NCBI GenBank assembly: GCA_964035575.1
Contig: OZ037836.1
Span: 1,488,001-1,552,000 of the forward strand
DNA from: Rhynchopus sp. YZ270_cl-10
Taxonomy: Eukaryota
Length of the DNA stretch: 64,000 nt
Direction: 5' to 3'
Part shown: piece after piece, positions 1 to 10,910 of the stretch
Layout of the letters: each line of letters opens with the position of its first letter
Numbering within the stretch: the stretch's first letter is position 1
Translations under genes and position numbers: made by a program
Notes under the pieces: model-generated
Databases searched by the model: none
What the model saw: the letters and a program-made list of their open reading frames with translations, nothing else
Told to the model about the DNA's origin: nothing

Positions 1-482
1 GCGCAGCAAAGTTCGCAGCTATGCAAACTGCCCCCACGTTTACTTTGCACTTTACCCTCAGTGGTCAAGTACTGACCATATATTACACACAAAACCTGAA
101 AATGCCCTGTAAAAACTGATACATGCATTTTAGGTCAAAAATACTCAGTTCTGAGCGCAAAGTGACCCCATCACAGCGCAGAGGCTCCGGAGCACTGAAA
201 TATTTTTTTTTTTTTTGGGAGATAGTCAGACTTACCCTACCCTATTTTGAAAAAGTTCAGACTTGCCCTATGAAAAAGTTCAGACTTGCCCGAAAATAAG
301 TTCAGACTTGCCCTAAAAGTGTTTTTAGGGCAAGTCTGAACTTATTTTTAGGGCAAACACTTTTTTAGGGCAAGTCTGAACTTTTTTGGGGCAAGTCTGA
401 ACTTATTTTAGGGCAAGTCTGAACTTATTTTTAGGGTAAGTTTGAACTTATTTTAGGGCAACAAGTCAGGCCACTTTGGCTG

Positions 483-770
483 GGTACCCAGGTACCCAGG
501 TACCCAGGTACCCAGGTACCCAGGTACCCAGGTACCCAGGTACCCAGGTACCCAGGTACCCAGGTACCCAGGTACCCAGGTACCCAGGTACCCAGGTACC
601 CAGGTACCCAGGTACCCAGGTACCCAGGTACCCAGGTACCCAGGTACCCAGGTACCCAGGTACCCAGGTACCCAGGTACCCAGGTACCCAGGTACCCAGG
701 TACCCAGGTACCCAGGTACCCAGGTACCCAGGTACCCAGGTACCCAGGTACCCAGGTACCCAGGTACCCA
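483..770. repeat. (GGTACCCA)n microsatellite, ~36 copies
   Basis: Perfect 8-bp tandem array. Confidence 0.97.
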
Positions 771-2454
771 GGTCCAGGTCCAGGAACAGGTACCCAGGAA
801 CAGGAAAAAAGTCGTGAAAGAGCAACCACAGCTCCACATGACAAACACAAAAGTGTCCAGTCACGTGGGGCATTCATGCACTGAGGAGATAATGATCCAA
901 CAATTTACAAGAAAGATTACTTAACCTACTGCTGGAAATTGCCAGGTCGTAGTAACACACAAAGTGTGCCTCCGTTCGGGAAGACCGGATATTCTAGAGA
1001 CCAAAAAGGCCTCAAGAATATCTTCCGGTAGTCAAGGTAGAACCGAGTGAACGGCCCAAGACCCCCGTGGAGAAGTTAAATGTTGTAATGCTATCAGGTA
1101 GAAACTGCGAACACTGTCTTACCCTCCTCAATGCATGGTGGTTGATGTCTTCCACAACAAATTTCCTGTACCCAGGTACCCAAATTCCCAGACCCACGCA
1201 GTGGCACATGACCGCCAAGTGTGAGTGACCCACACATGAGGGAATGCGACACTACGCAAAATTTACCACCAGACCCTGTCTTCGTGCACCTGAAGTACAA
1301 CGCCGCAGACAGGCCAAACATGCGTTGGACTCAGAGGAATGCCCGCTGTGCAGGTATCAAACATGAGAACCAACTCCCAGCAACAAGGGGCGCCTTTTGG
1401 CGGGCGTTGTTGAGGGTGTTTGGGGTGCAAAGTTTTCCACAATTTTGATGCGCGGGTACAGAAGTGTTATCTTGTTCTTTCATCTCTAGGAATGTAAATG
1501 TCAATCGCGTTTAACTACCACTAGGGCTTGTTCAGTGAACCCACAAGGGGTCGAAGGGGGTTGGTTATCCCGTATCTATCAAAGGTTGTGTCGACCAGGC
1601 TAAACCACTATGTTACGCTGTACGTTGTTAAATCCGAAGAAATAACACTTTAGCAGCCGCAGGAAGTTTGCTAAAAAGAGTGCCTCACGCTACACAAACC
1701 ACCACCCGCGATTGACTTAGATGTTATAACAAAGAGAATTCAGAACAAAACAACACCCTGCCCCATACACACTAAATTGTCATGCTTCAAGAGCATGCCT
1801 GGGCCAAAATTACTGTGACAAAAAGGCAACAAGACCACCCACAAGGAGTGTGAATTGTGCACTGGTTTTCTGGGGGAACGCAATATTTTCTTGTGCCTCG
1901 TCCTCCGTAAGCAGAGGACAGACTTTCCGGAAGGTTTCCAAAGTCGAATTTCTTGCACTAGCTATGCTCCCTGGGTTAAATGGCTATAGCAGTGACTGAC
2001 AGAGTGTTCCCACCACCCTTTCCACCGCATATGCGCTCGTTCTGCACAGTTGGTTCTCGATGCTGCACTCGCGATACCTGTTTAAAAGTGAAGTTGTGAG
2101 TGGTGGGGAAATTAAAGAAGGTGACTTCTTAAAAAAATAAGTTGGCTTGAGGGTTTAAAATATTGTTCTGGAGACTTTTTGGAGGAAATACGAGTCGACA
2201 GCTTTCAGGGCCGAGCAGCATAATATTATGCAATACATAATATACTTTGAAACGTCGTTGTGAAATGTTCTACTACAAAAAACGGGGGGGGCATGTCCCC
2301 TTTTGTCGTCAGCCCAGAGTCAGTAGGCTCTGCCACACCTTGGGGCGAAGAAAGCGCAATTATTTTGTTGAATATTCACCAGAAAGTTACGTATTTACCC
2401 CCACGGTACATACCTTGTCTTGCCTTCGCTGCTGTCAAGGTGCCTTCGTTCTGG

Positions 2455-2692
2455 GTACCCAGTACCCAGTACCCAGTACCCAGTACCCAGTACCCAGTAC
2501 CCAGTACCCAGTACCCAGTACCCAGTACCCAGTACCCAGTACCCAGTACCCAGTACCCAGTACCCAGTACCCAGTACCCAGTACCCAGTACCCAGTACCC
2601 AGTACCCAGTACCCAGTACCCAGTACCCAGTACCCAGTACCCAGTACCCAGTACCCAGTACCCAGTACCCAGTACCCAGTACCCAGTACCCA
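2455..2692. repeat. (GTACCCA)n microsatellite, ~34 copies
   Basis: Perfect 7-bp tandem array, related to the 8-mer at 483. Confidence 0.97.
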
Positions 2693-3375
2693 AAAATAAT
2701 TTAGGTGCCCTAAACAGACGCAAAAACGACGACCGCCGGGCTCTGTGACCCAAGAGCCCCCAACTTGCCCTAAAAATAAGTTCAGACTTGCCCCAAAAAA
2801 GTTCAGACTTGCCCTAAAAAAAGTGTTTGCCCTAAAAATAAGTTCAGACTTGCCCGAAATAAGTTCAGACTTGCCCTAAAAACACTTTTAGGGCAAGTCT
2901 GAACTTATTTTCGGGCAAGTCTGAACTTTTTCAAAATAGGGTAGGGTAAATCTGACTATTCCCCTTTTTTTTTTGATTTTTTGGGGTAAAAATTTCTGGG
3001 GGAAATTTTCTGGCCACAAAAAACCACCAAAAAAAAATACACAAAATAATTTTTGCACCCCCCTTAAAATTAGGGGTAAATTGGGTACTTCTTGGGTCCT
3101 TCTAGGGTATACACCCTAGCCCTATACAGCCACACCATGATACTTCACTTATTTTTTTCCCAGGCTCGTGGATTCAATTTGCCTCGCTTCGCTCGGCAAA
3201 TTAACTACCACTCGCCTGGAAAAAAAATGCGTGAAGTTATCGCAAAAAAAAACCACGCTAAAAGGCGTTGAATAAATAGTTATTTTTTTCGCCAAACCGC
3301 AAAACCGGGTTTTTGCGGTTTTGAAACCGCAAAAAAGTACCTAGCTAGTGCCCTGCACCCATCCCCCCCTCACAG

Positions 3376-3543
3376 CCAGCCAGAGGGTCACACCCGTGCC
3401 TACGCGAACGGGAAGCAGTGCAGCGTTGCATAAAACAGCGTCTTGCAAGCAAATGCCAGCCCATCCTCGACGCCTTCAACACCTGCGAGGAGAAGTACTT
3501 CACAAAGACCAAGGTGGACGCGATACACGACAACGTGAAATGA
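3376..3543 (+). CDS. Last exon of a twin CX9C (CHCH-type) protein, copy 1; this frame is not in the ORF track
   Basis: Follows the CCCCCCCTCACAG acceptor and reads PARGSHP-C-LREREAVQR-C-IKQRLASK-C-QPILDAFNT-C-EEKYFTKTKVDAIHDNVK*; exact twin CX9C spacing; no start codon or upstream exon identified. Confidence 0.7.
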   Translation, partial: PARGSHPCLREREAVQRCIKQRLASKCQPILDAFNTCEEKYFTKTKVDAIHDNVK

Positions 3544-3666
3544 GGCAAAAAAATAAGTTCTGCTCCCTCACAACTTTTTGAATAGCACAACCCGACACAG
3601 CACAACCCACCCCCACCACCACAGTTCCACCACATTATATACCCGTCACACCCTTCACACTTCAAA

Positions 3667-4617
3667 ATGATGTCTCTTCGTTCCATTGTGCGCCAGGCGA
3701 AGTTCGTGCTCTCTGCTGTGCAGGTGGGTGCCGTGCAGATGCGCAGTAAGGTGACCAAGGCAGCAAAGAAGCCTGTGGCGAAGAAGTCTGCGTCGAAGAA
3801 GGTGTCTGCCAAGAAGGTGAAGGCTGCTCTTAAGGCTGCCCTGAAGGCTCGCGCTGCCAAGAAGGCTGCACTGAAGGCTCGTGCTGCGAAGAAGGCACAG
3901 GTCAAGAAGGACAAGAAGGCTGCTTACAAGGTCATGAAAGCCGCCCTCAAGAAGATCCAGAAAAAGGCAAAGAAGGCTCGTGTTGACGAGGCAAAGCAGA
4001 TAAAAAAAACAGAGAAGGCTGCCCTGAAGGCTCGTGTTGCCGAGGCAAAGCAGGTCAAGAAAACAGAGAAGGCTGCCCTGAAGGCTCGTGTTGACGAGGT
4101 AAAGCAGGTTCAGAAGGCAAAGAAGGCTGCTCTCAGGGCTCGTGTTGCGAAGAGAAAGCAGGCTGTCAAGGCCAAGAAGGCTGCCCTCAAGGCTCGTCTG
4201 GCGAAGAAGAGACAGGCTGCCAAGGACAAGAAGGCTGCCCTCAAGGCTCGTGTCAACGAGGAGAAGGCCAAGAAGGCCAAGATCGCATCGAGCGGACCTA
4301 TCACCGCACGCACCCTGTTCTTCCAGAAGACGATGAAGGGAACGAAGCTGACCCTGAAGGATATGAACACGAAGTGGGCAGCACTCTCCGCCCAGCAGCG
4401 TGGAGTGCTCGAGGCTGAGGCAGCAAAGAACAAGGCCAAGAGGACCGACATCCGCCAGAGCCTGAAGAAGCCTGCTACCAAGTACGCGCTCTTCACGAAG
4501 AAGCACTTCCCCGCTGAGTACACGGCTGCCATGAAGTCTGGCCTTCCCCGCAAGGAGGCCTTCGCGACTGCGATACATGCTGTGTTGAAGAAGTACCGTT
4601 CCCAGCGAAGTGTCTGA
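3667..4617 (+). CDS. Lys/Ala-rich histone H1-like protein with C-terminal HMG-box-like domains and a presequence-like N-terminus (KAP-like), 316 aa
   Basis: MMSLRSIVRQAKFVLSAVQVGAVQMRS N-terminus without acidic residues; KKAALKAR repeats; GPITARTLFFQK...KWAALSAQQR and KKPATKYALFTK HMG-like motifs; strong AAG/GCT codon bias. Confidence 0.8.
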   Translation: MMSLRSIVRQAKFVLSAVQVGAVQMRSKVTKAAKKPVAKKSASKKVSAKKVKAALKAALKARAAKKAALKARAAKKAQVKKDKKAAYKVMKAALKKIQKKAKKARVDEAKQIKKTEKAALKARVAEAKQVKKTEKAALKARVDEVKQVQKAKKAALRARVAKRKQAVKAKKAALKARLAKKRQAAKDKKAALKARVNEEKAKKAKIASSGPITARTLFFQKTMKGTKLTLKDMNTKWAALSAQQRGVLEAEAAKNKAKRTDIRQSLKKPATKYALFTKKHFPAEYTAAMKSGLPRKEAFATAIHAVLKKYRSQRSV

Positions 4618-5643
4618 CGTATTGATGCAACCCTGCTGCAAGTCAAGGAGGCCTGCTGCAAGCAGTGGTTGTGTTGTTTGGTTTGATTGATATGATTCTC
4701 AGTCAAAGTTGATTTTTTTGTGTCCTCGACGCCTTCAACACCTGCGAGGAGAAGTACTTCACAAAGACCAAGGTGGACGCGATACACGACAACGTGAAAT
4801 GAGGCAAAAAATAAGTTCTGCTCCTTCTGGGGCGAGGTTTGAGCACCGGAGAACGAATACACCCTTGTATTATACAAGGCAGAAAAAAGGGGACATTTGG
4901 GCACGCATGCAGCTAAATAGTACCTATTTTCCAGAATTTCCTAACCTAAATAGACAAATTTACCTGTTTTTATTACCTTGTGGTGTGGTTTTCGCATTTT
5001 TCGCATTTTTCACATTTTCGAGGCAGGGCGCTTCATTGGTTCGTTAGTCTCAAAGGCCGCACAGTGCGGGGTATCTTCGATACTTCAAATACAAGAAAAC
5101 AACCCCCCCTGCATTTCACAACTTTTTGAATAGCACAACCCACCCCCACCACCACAGTTCCACCACATTATATACCCGTCACACCCTTCACACTTCAAAA
5201 TGATGTCTCTTCTTTCCATTGGATCAGCACACAGTCGAGGTGGGTGCAGATGACACAGTGGAGGGCTTGCGGCGGAAGGTGGCGTCTGCAATGGGGTTGC
5301 CTGAAGACAGCTTTTGCATGAGTTTCGGAGACGAAGCGATGGGAGAAGGAGCGGACATGACGCAGCTGAGTGCTGGTGACACAATCATCCTCACGAAGAC
5401 GAAGAAGTACGAAGCCATTGCAGAGCTTCATGCGTTGGGTGTGACCGACATCACAGCCGAGAAGTTGGAGAGTGTGCAGGACCCTGAGGTGGCGTGTTTG
5501 CTTCTGCAGGCGGAGGTTGCGACTGTCATTCCGAATTGGTTCTTGGCAGACACTTCGTTGACGAGACTTGATCTCAGTGCTGAGTCCATTGTGACTCACA
5601 TTGGAGACTTCTTCCTGGCCCACTGCACCTCGTTGACAAGTAT

Positions 5644-7134
5644 CGAGGGACAAAAACGTGAGGTGGCAGCCCCCCGGCATATTTGCCCTGGCGTCCCCGG
5701 ATATAATCTCTTTCTTAAGTGAACGAAGGCCACGCGTGGGATGGTTGCATTGCACTTTTGCAAACCCGGGCACATGATACTGGAGGGTCCAAAGCAACTG
5801 GAGGAGGTGTATGCTGGGCTTTTTGTGCCCTCAGGGATTTAAGCGACCCTGCACCTACTTTACGACCATGCAGAGCTTTTGCTTTTCTTGCTTTTTGTAG
5901 GTGCTAACCTGCGGCAGTGGTTTGCATCAGTTGGGTGTTCCACTCACCGCAGTTTAGATAATTAGGAGATGCCAGTCATTCGTTCCTCCCATTGGAATGA
6001 CTGGTGGTTTTATAGTTGTTCATTTCTTTTCACGCTGCCAGAGTGCGGACCTCGAACTGGCTTATATACTGACCTAGGCCACGAGCGGTGGTGTACCGCC
6101 CCCGTTCACACTACGGTACGGGTGTCGTCTTTGTTGGGTATAAGTCAGCAAATGGGATCAAGCCACTCTCTGGCACACCGTGGTGCCATCCTTCCCTTTT
6201 CAGTGGTCGCGCTAATTATGGGGAAAAATGGGGAAAAAATGGATTTCGGGTACGGAAAAACGTTCCTTGAAAAGGTTAGCTGGGGAGGCCCGGAAACCCC
6301 GTTTTGTGGCATTTCCGGGCCAATCCCGGCTTGTGGTGGGGTATATACGGAAAAATGGACAAAATTTTAGTGACTTAAATTTTCGCAAAATATGAACCCA
6401 TACTCGTAAACAAGGGTCATTTTCAGGAAAATTCGGAAAATTCCGAGATTTGGAAGCAATTTTTCTCCTGAAAATCAGTGGGTTTTCAGCCCCAAAACAT
6501 ACCGCGATTGGAATTTCCGGAATCCGTCCGCGCTGTGGTGGGGTCACTTTGCCGAAATGGCCATTTTTTTGGTTTTGGTCAAAATCCATGTGGGTAAAGA
6601 GGGCCAATGTAAATCCCACAACCAGATTTTCTCTCCCTGATCCTGACGTCTTGCAACATGAAAATGCGCGAAAACACCGGCATTTGCATTTCCGGAATTC
6701 GTCCGTTCTGTGGTGGGGTCAATTTGCCGAAATGGACAAGTTCTTGGTTTTGGTCAAAACCCGTCAGTGTAAGGTAAAGGGGGCAAGTGTTTGCCTGTAG
6801 AAACTGGAAGGGAACAGGCAGCGCCGCAGGCGCACGGTAACCAACTTTTTTTTTTTTTTTTTCCTTTTCTTTTTTCTCCTCTTTCTTTTGACTTTCCGAG
6901 CCAATTGCGTTCCACGGCGGGGTCACATGTATATGCAAGCCCACTATGTGGTGGTCTTACTCAACAATATTAGAACTTCTGGTTTCTTAATGAAATCCCC
7001 GTACTGCAAAAAAAAAAACGTTCCTACCAAAACCCCCAAAAATCCCGGGATGAGGGATGGACTTTAGCGCGAGCTCTGTCCCTTTTGCTGGGGTTTTTTT
7101 TTTTGCGGGGGTGGATCACGTTTTTCAAGTATAA
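5644..7134 (+). mobile_element. Non-coding SINE-like retro-insertion containing a nested repeat
   Basis: 15-bp TSD CTCGTTGACAAGTAT (5629-5643 / 7135-7149); 3' tail resembles that of the LINE at 15528-17392. Confidence 0.75.
6224..7105. mobile_element. Nested copy of an abundant dispersed repeat (boundaries approximate)
   Basis: ~6300-6930 matches ~39130-39770 in inverted orientation; related segments at ~8960-9400, 11650-11990, 12200-12430 and 60860-60990. Confidence 0.7.
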
Positions 7135-8841
7135 CTCGTTGACAAGTATTGATCTCTCTGGGTTGAGCAATGTGATGCAGGTTGGTCAGGGCTTCCTTGA
7201 GAACTGCGAGAGGTTAACGACCCTGGATTTGTCACCATTTAGCAACGTGACGCAGGTGGGTGCGGGCTTCCTGAAGGCCTGCAGCAGTTTAACCACCCTC
7301 GATTTGTCGCCACTCAGCAATGTGACGCAAATTCGTTTGTTCTTTGGAAGTGCGCATTTTGCTATGAACTGCACTTCGTTGACGAGCATTTACCTTTCGG
7401 GCTGCAGCAGTGTTGTGTCCGACGAAGTGAGGAACGGCAGGCTGAGTAAGCTTGTGGTTGAAACACGTCCGAAACGAAGCAGAGACGAATCCCCCGAGCA
7501 AAGCCAGAAGTGACGGAGACACGCACAATGACGACGTGGTGTGTTGGTGGCAGGGCAGCACCTCCCCGAGGTGGAGGGTCTCTGGCAGTATGTCTGCTTG
7601 CGTCCTCTGGTTCGGAGAAGAAGAGGGGCACAGTCTTGCTCACCGTGGCACAGACTACTACTTGGTGCGAGAGGAGAGCTGTGTTGAGCAAGACGTTCCA
7701 CACATTGTGTTTTTTTTTACTCTGTGCTGCAAAAGAATCCCCACAAAAACCCATGTCTTATTTATGACAATGCACCTCCCCGCCCAACCCCCTTTTTTTT
7801 CTATAATCCATCACTCTGAACTCGTTGACACCACGTGGTCTTTCACTGTCTTCTTGGTAGCTTGCACGAAGAGGTGTGAGGTGTGATGACGGTTTTCCAA
7901 CAAAAGGCTGTCCCCCACCTCCGCCTTTTCTCACCCCCTCCCGTCACGCTTCTTTTCTCATAGAACGGTGTTCTGCTGAGAGGGAGAATTGATACACCAT
8001 TTTTTGCGAAGGCGTGTTTCCCGTTGGTGCTTGGAGCAGATTCAGAATCAGAAAAGGAAGAAAAGAGGGTGAAGAGGGTGGTGTAAGATGGACACATGGA
8101 AGCAACAGATGCAGGAAAGCAGTTCCACGTCGACGTTTATAGTGGAGGGAGGACGTGTCATGGGTGAGGATGAGCTGCCGGACCAGTTCCGCCGTGATGC
8201 ATCGCATCTGGTATGACACAGCGGGATACAAGCTTTGCCACAAACATACATTTTATTAACGCGCAATTAAGGTCTCGTACAAAAATCCTGACCAAAAAAG
8301 TATTTTTAACAAGATCCTTAATCCCACTAGTGGGATTACTGGGGGGGGGCGAATAAGAGATGTGGCATCTCTTATTAGGCGAACGGACGAGCCAAAAATA
8401 AAAATTTTTTTTTGGGGAAAAAAAAGCAAAAAAACATTTTCGCCGGAGGCAAAAAAATTTTTTTGACCACTTTTTTGCCAGACCGGGTAGACAGGGTAAA
8501 ATTTCAAAATGTTTTTTCAAGATAAAACCCTGTTGCATGCAAAAAAAAAAAAAAAAAATACCCCCAAAATCTCAACCTGATCTCTTATTCGGCCCTGATC
8601 TCTTATTCACCCCTGATCTCTTATTCGCCCCCCCCCCAGTAAGGATTGTGTATAAAATAGCTGTAAAATTTTTGACAGTAAAATTAAGGAAATAATGGTG
8701 TGGCTAACTCCAAAAATAAAGTGTAATTTTTGTACTTCTTTTGTATTTTTTTTGTATACCCAAAAGGGAAGGTATATAAAACATTTTGGCGGACATTGTC
8801 CGACCCCCCCCCACCCCCCCACGGACCAGATTTTTGGCGGA

Positions 8842-8881
<40 letters not shown>

Positions 8882-9449
8882 GTCTGAAAATTGCGGACAT
8901 TTTTGGGTTTTTTCACCGGGGTTGTACACGATTTTGACCAAAGATTTATAAAAACTCGTCCATTTCGGCAAATTGACCCCACCACACAATGGACGGATTC
9001 CGAAAATGCAAATGCCAGTGTTTTCGCGTATTTTCATGGTTTCAGCATCAGGGAGAGAAAATCTGGGTAATGTGGGATTTACCTTGGCCCCTTTACCTTA
9101 CACTCATTTTGACCAAAACCAAGAACTTGGCCACTTCGGCAAATTGACCCCACCACAGCGCGGAGAGATTCCGGAAATGCCAATCGCGGTATGTTTTGGG
9201 GCTGAAAACCCACTGTTTTTCCAGGGGAAATTTTTCGATTTCAGCAGTATTTGTTGGCCGAAAATGGGCCCACCAATTAGTGACCGGGCTCATATTTTCA
9301 AAAATTTAAGTGGTCAAAAAATTGTCCAATTTTCAACATCGACCCCACCACTTTCTGGACGGATTCCGGAAATGCCAAAAAACTGTGTTTTGGGTCACGA
9401 ATCCACGCCATGTCACCCAAAAACCAGCGGGAAAAAAAAAAAAAAAAAA

Positions 9450-10256
9450 AAACAAGTAATTGCTATCGGAAAAAAAACGGGGTGTGATGTGGAACTCCAT
9501 CCTGTAGAAATAATCTACAACACGCCCAGCATTCTGCTCTTCTGCAAGTATGCTAACGCTCTTCTGCCAGACCCACTGGGACGCCAGCATCTGAACGTTC
9601 AAACAGTGGGGCTCTCCTCTTCGTCCAGCACCATGTGCTCGATCGCGTTGTTGGACGTCGGCTCGGCAGGCTCGGCGTGTTCCAGCTCGTTTTTGTCCAC
9701 AGGCTCCCCACATTGTCGTCGTCGTTGGAGCAGTGCGGAAGGAACACAGAATGCACAGACTACAACACATCGATCACACCAGGCGCATCAGCACCTCCAG
9801 CAAATCACCAGGATGCTACGGTGGTTTCGAAAATCGCGCGGAGTTTTCCACAGCACACCCCGTTTTTTCTTAGCAATTACTTGTCCTTGTTGTTATTGTT
9901 GTTTTCAACCACCTTCCTTCAACCCTTGTAGGATCAGTTGTTATTTTTTTCGCGAAAACATGAAATTACACATTTCAAGAGAACAAATTAAAAAGGGTCC
10001 TTATTTGCATTTTTGGGCTCCGCCCGTGCAGTGGTGGGGTCAATCTCGAAAATTGGACAATTTATTGACCACTTAAATTTTGAGAAATATGAGCCCGGTT
10101 CCTTATACGTGGGGCCCATTTTTGGCTAAAATTTTCCTCAAAATCTGGTTTTGTAAAATTGACCCTTTACTCCCCCCCCACATCGATTTCAATACTATAC
10201 CTTACTTCACCTACGGTTGCCCTTACAGGGGGGTGAAGGAAGGTAAGTTGAAAATG
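9450..10256. repeat. Dispersed repeat; second copy at ~44150-46627, where it is interrupted by the Tc1 element
   Basis: Near-identical sequence starting AACAAGTAATTGCTATCGG; contains the empty Tc1 site CCTTATACGTGGGGCCC. Confidence 0.85.
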
Positions 10257-10398
10257 TCCGACCCCCCCCCACCCCCCGCCTCCAAAAAATTATGCGGAAA
10301 TTGTCCGCCAAAATGTTTTATATACCTTCCCAAAAAGGGGGGTTTTTTTATTTTTGGTACCAATTCGTACTTTCCCAATCGCCCCAAGTCATGGCTCA

Positions 10399-10910
10399 AA
10401 AGTTCCTGGCGAAGCCACGGTACGCAACATTTCTGAAAAATGTCGACATAAATTGGCACTGTCGTTGGTAATTATCGTCAGTTCCGTTAAATTTTACCTA
10501 CGTATTTTGCTAGAACGAAAGTTTCTGGCGAAGCCACGGTACGCAACATTTCTGAAAAATGTCGACATAAATTGGCACTGTCGTTGGTAATTATCGTCAG
10601 TTCCGTTAAATTTTACCTACGTATTTTGCTAGAACGAAAGTTTCTGGCGAAGCCACGGTACGCAACATTTCTGAAAAATGTCGACATAAATTGGCACTGT
10701 CGTTGGTAATTATCGTCAGTTCCGTTAAATTTTACCTACGTATTTTGCTAGAACGAAAGTTTCTGGCGAAGCCACGGTACGCAACATTTCTGAAAAATGT
10801 CGACATAAATTGGCACTGTCGTTGGTAATTATCGTCAGTTCCGTTAAATTTTACCTACGTATTTTGCTAGAACGAAAGTTTCTGGCGAAGCCACGGTGCG
10901 CAACATTTCA
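10399..10910. repeat. 119-bp tandem repeat, ~4.3 copies
   Basis: Unit AAAGTTTCTGGCGAAGCCACGGTACGC...GCTAGAACG repeats at a 119-bp period. Confidence 0.95.

Larger units (their letters stand above)
217..2964. mobile_element. Non-autonomous long-TIR (Mutator/foldback-like) element
   Basis: Left end GGGAGATAGTCAGACTTACCCTACCCTATTTTGAAAAAGTTCAGACTTGCCC is the near-perfect reverse complement of the end at 2964; subterminal AAGTTCAGACTTGCCC repeats in both orientations; T-runs on both flanks. Confidence 0.75.
5222..7513 (+). pseudogene. UBL + BspA-like LRR gene, copy 1 (5' end replaced, interrupted at 5644-7134)
   Basis: HTVEVGADDTVEGLRRKVA...LSAGDTIIL ubiquitin-like segment; 25-aa LRRs resume at 7135; colinear with the copy at 57261. 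Confidence 0.85.

Noticed and set aside
320..460. Telomeric TTAGGG
   Set aside because: Single occurrences within the TTTTAGGGCAAGTCTGAAC subterminal motif, not tandem
431..877. Repetitive ORFs (WVPGYLGT; also TQYPVPS at 2247-2753 and MPSCHHAI at 59116-59874)
   Set aside because: Translations of stop-free microsatellites that are open in multiple frames
3655..4641. Long minus-strand ORFs over the KAP-like genes (also 13319-14515)
   Set aside because: Antisense shadows of a codon-biased, low-complexity CDS
5644..7134. The UBL-LRR inserts as spliceosomal introns
   Set aside because: For the inserts I checked (15528 and 48763), no GT-AG placement at the TSD boundaries restores the frame; TSDs and LINE features explain all three. 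Non-canonical splicing is not excluded without RNA data
8973..10076. 367-aa ORF
   Set aside because: Crosses several non-coding repeat modules and a poly-A run; the frame is not conserved in the sister copy at ~44150
10399..10910. CRISPR-like array (also considered for the 92-bp satellite)
   Set aside because: Units are contiguous with no unique spacers, and there are no cas genes
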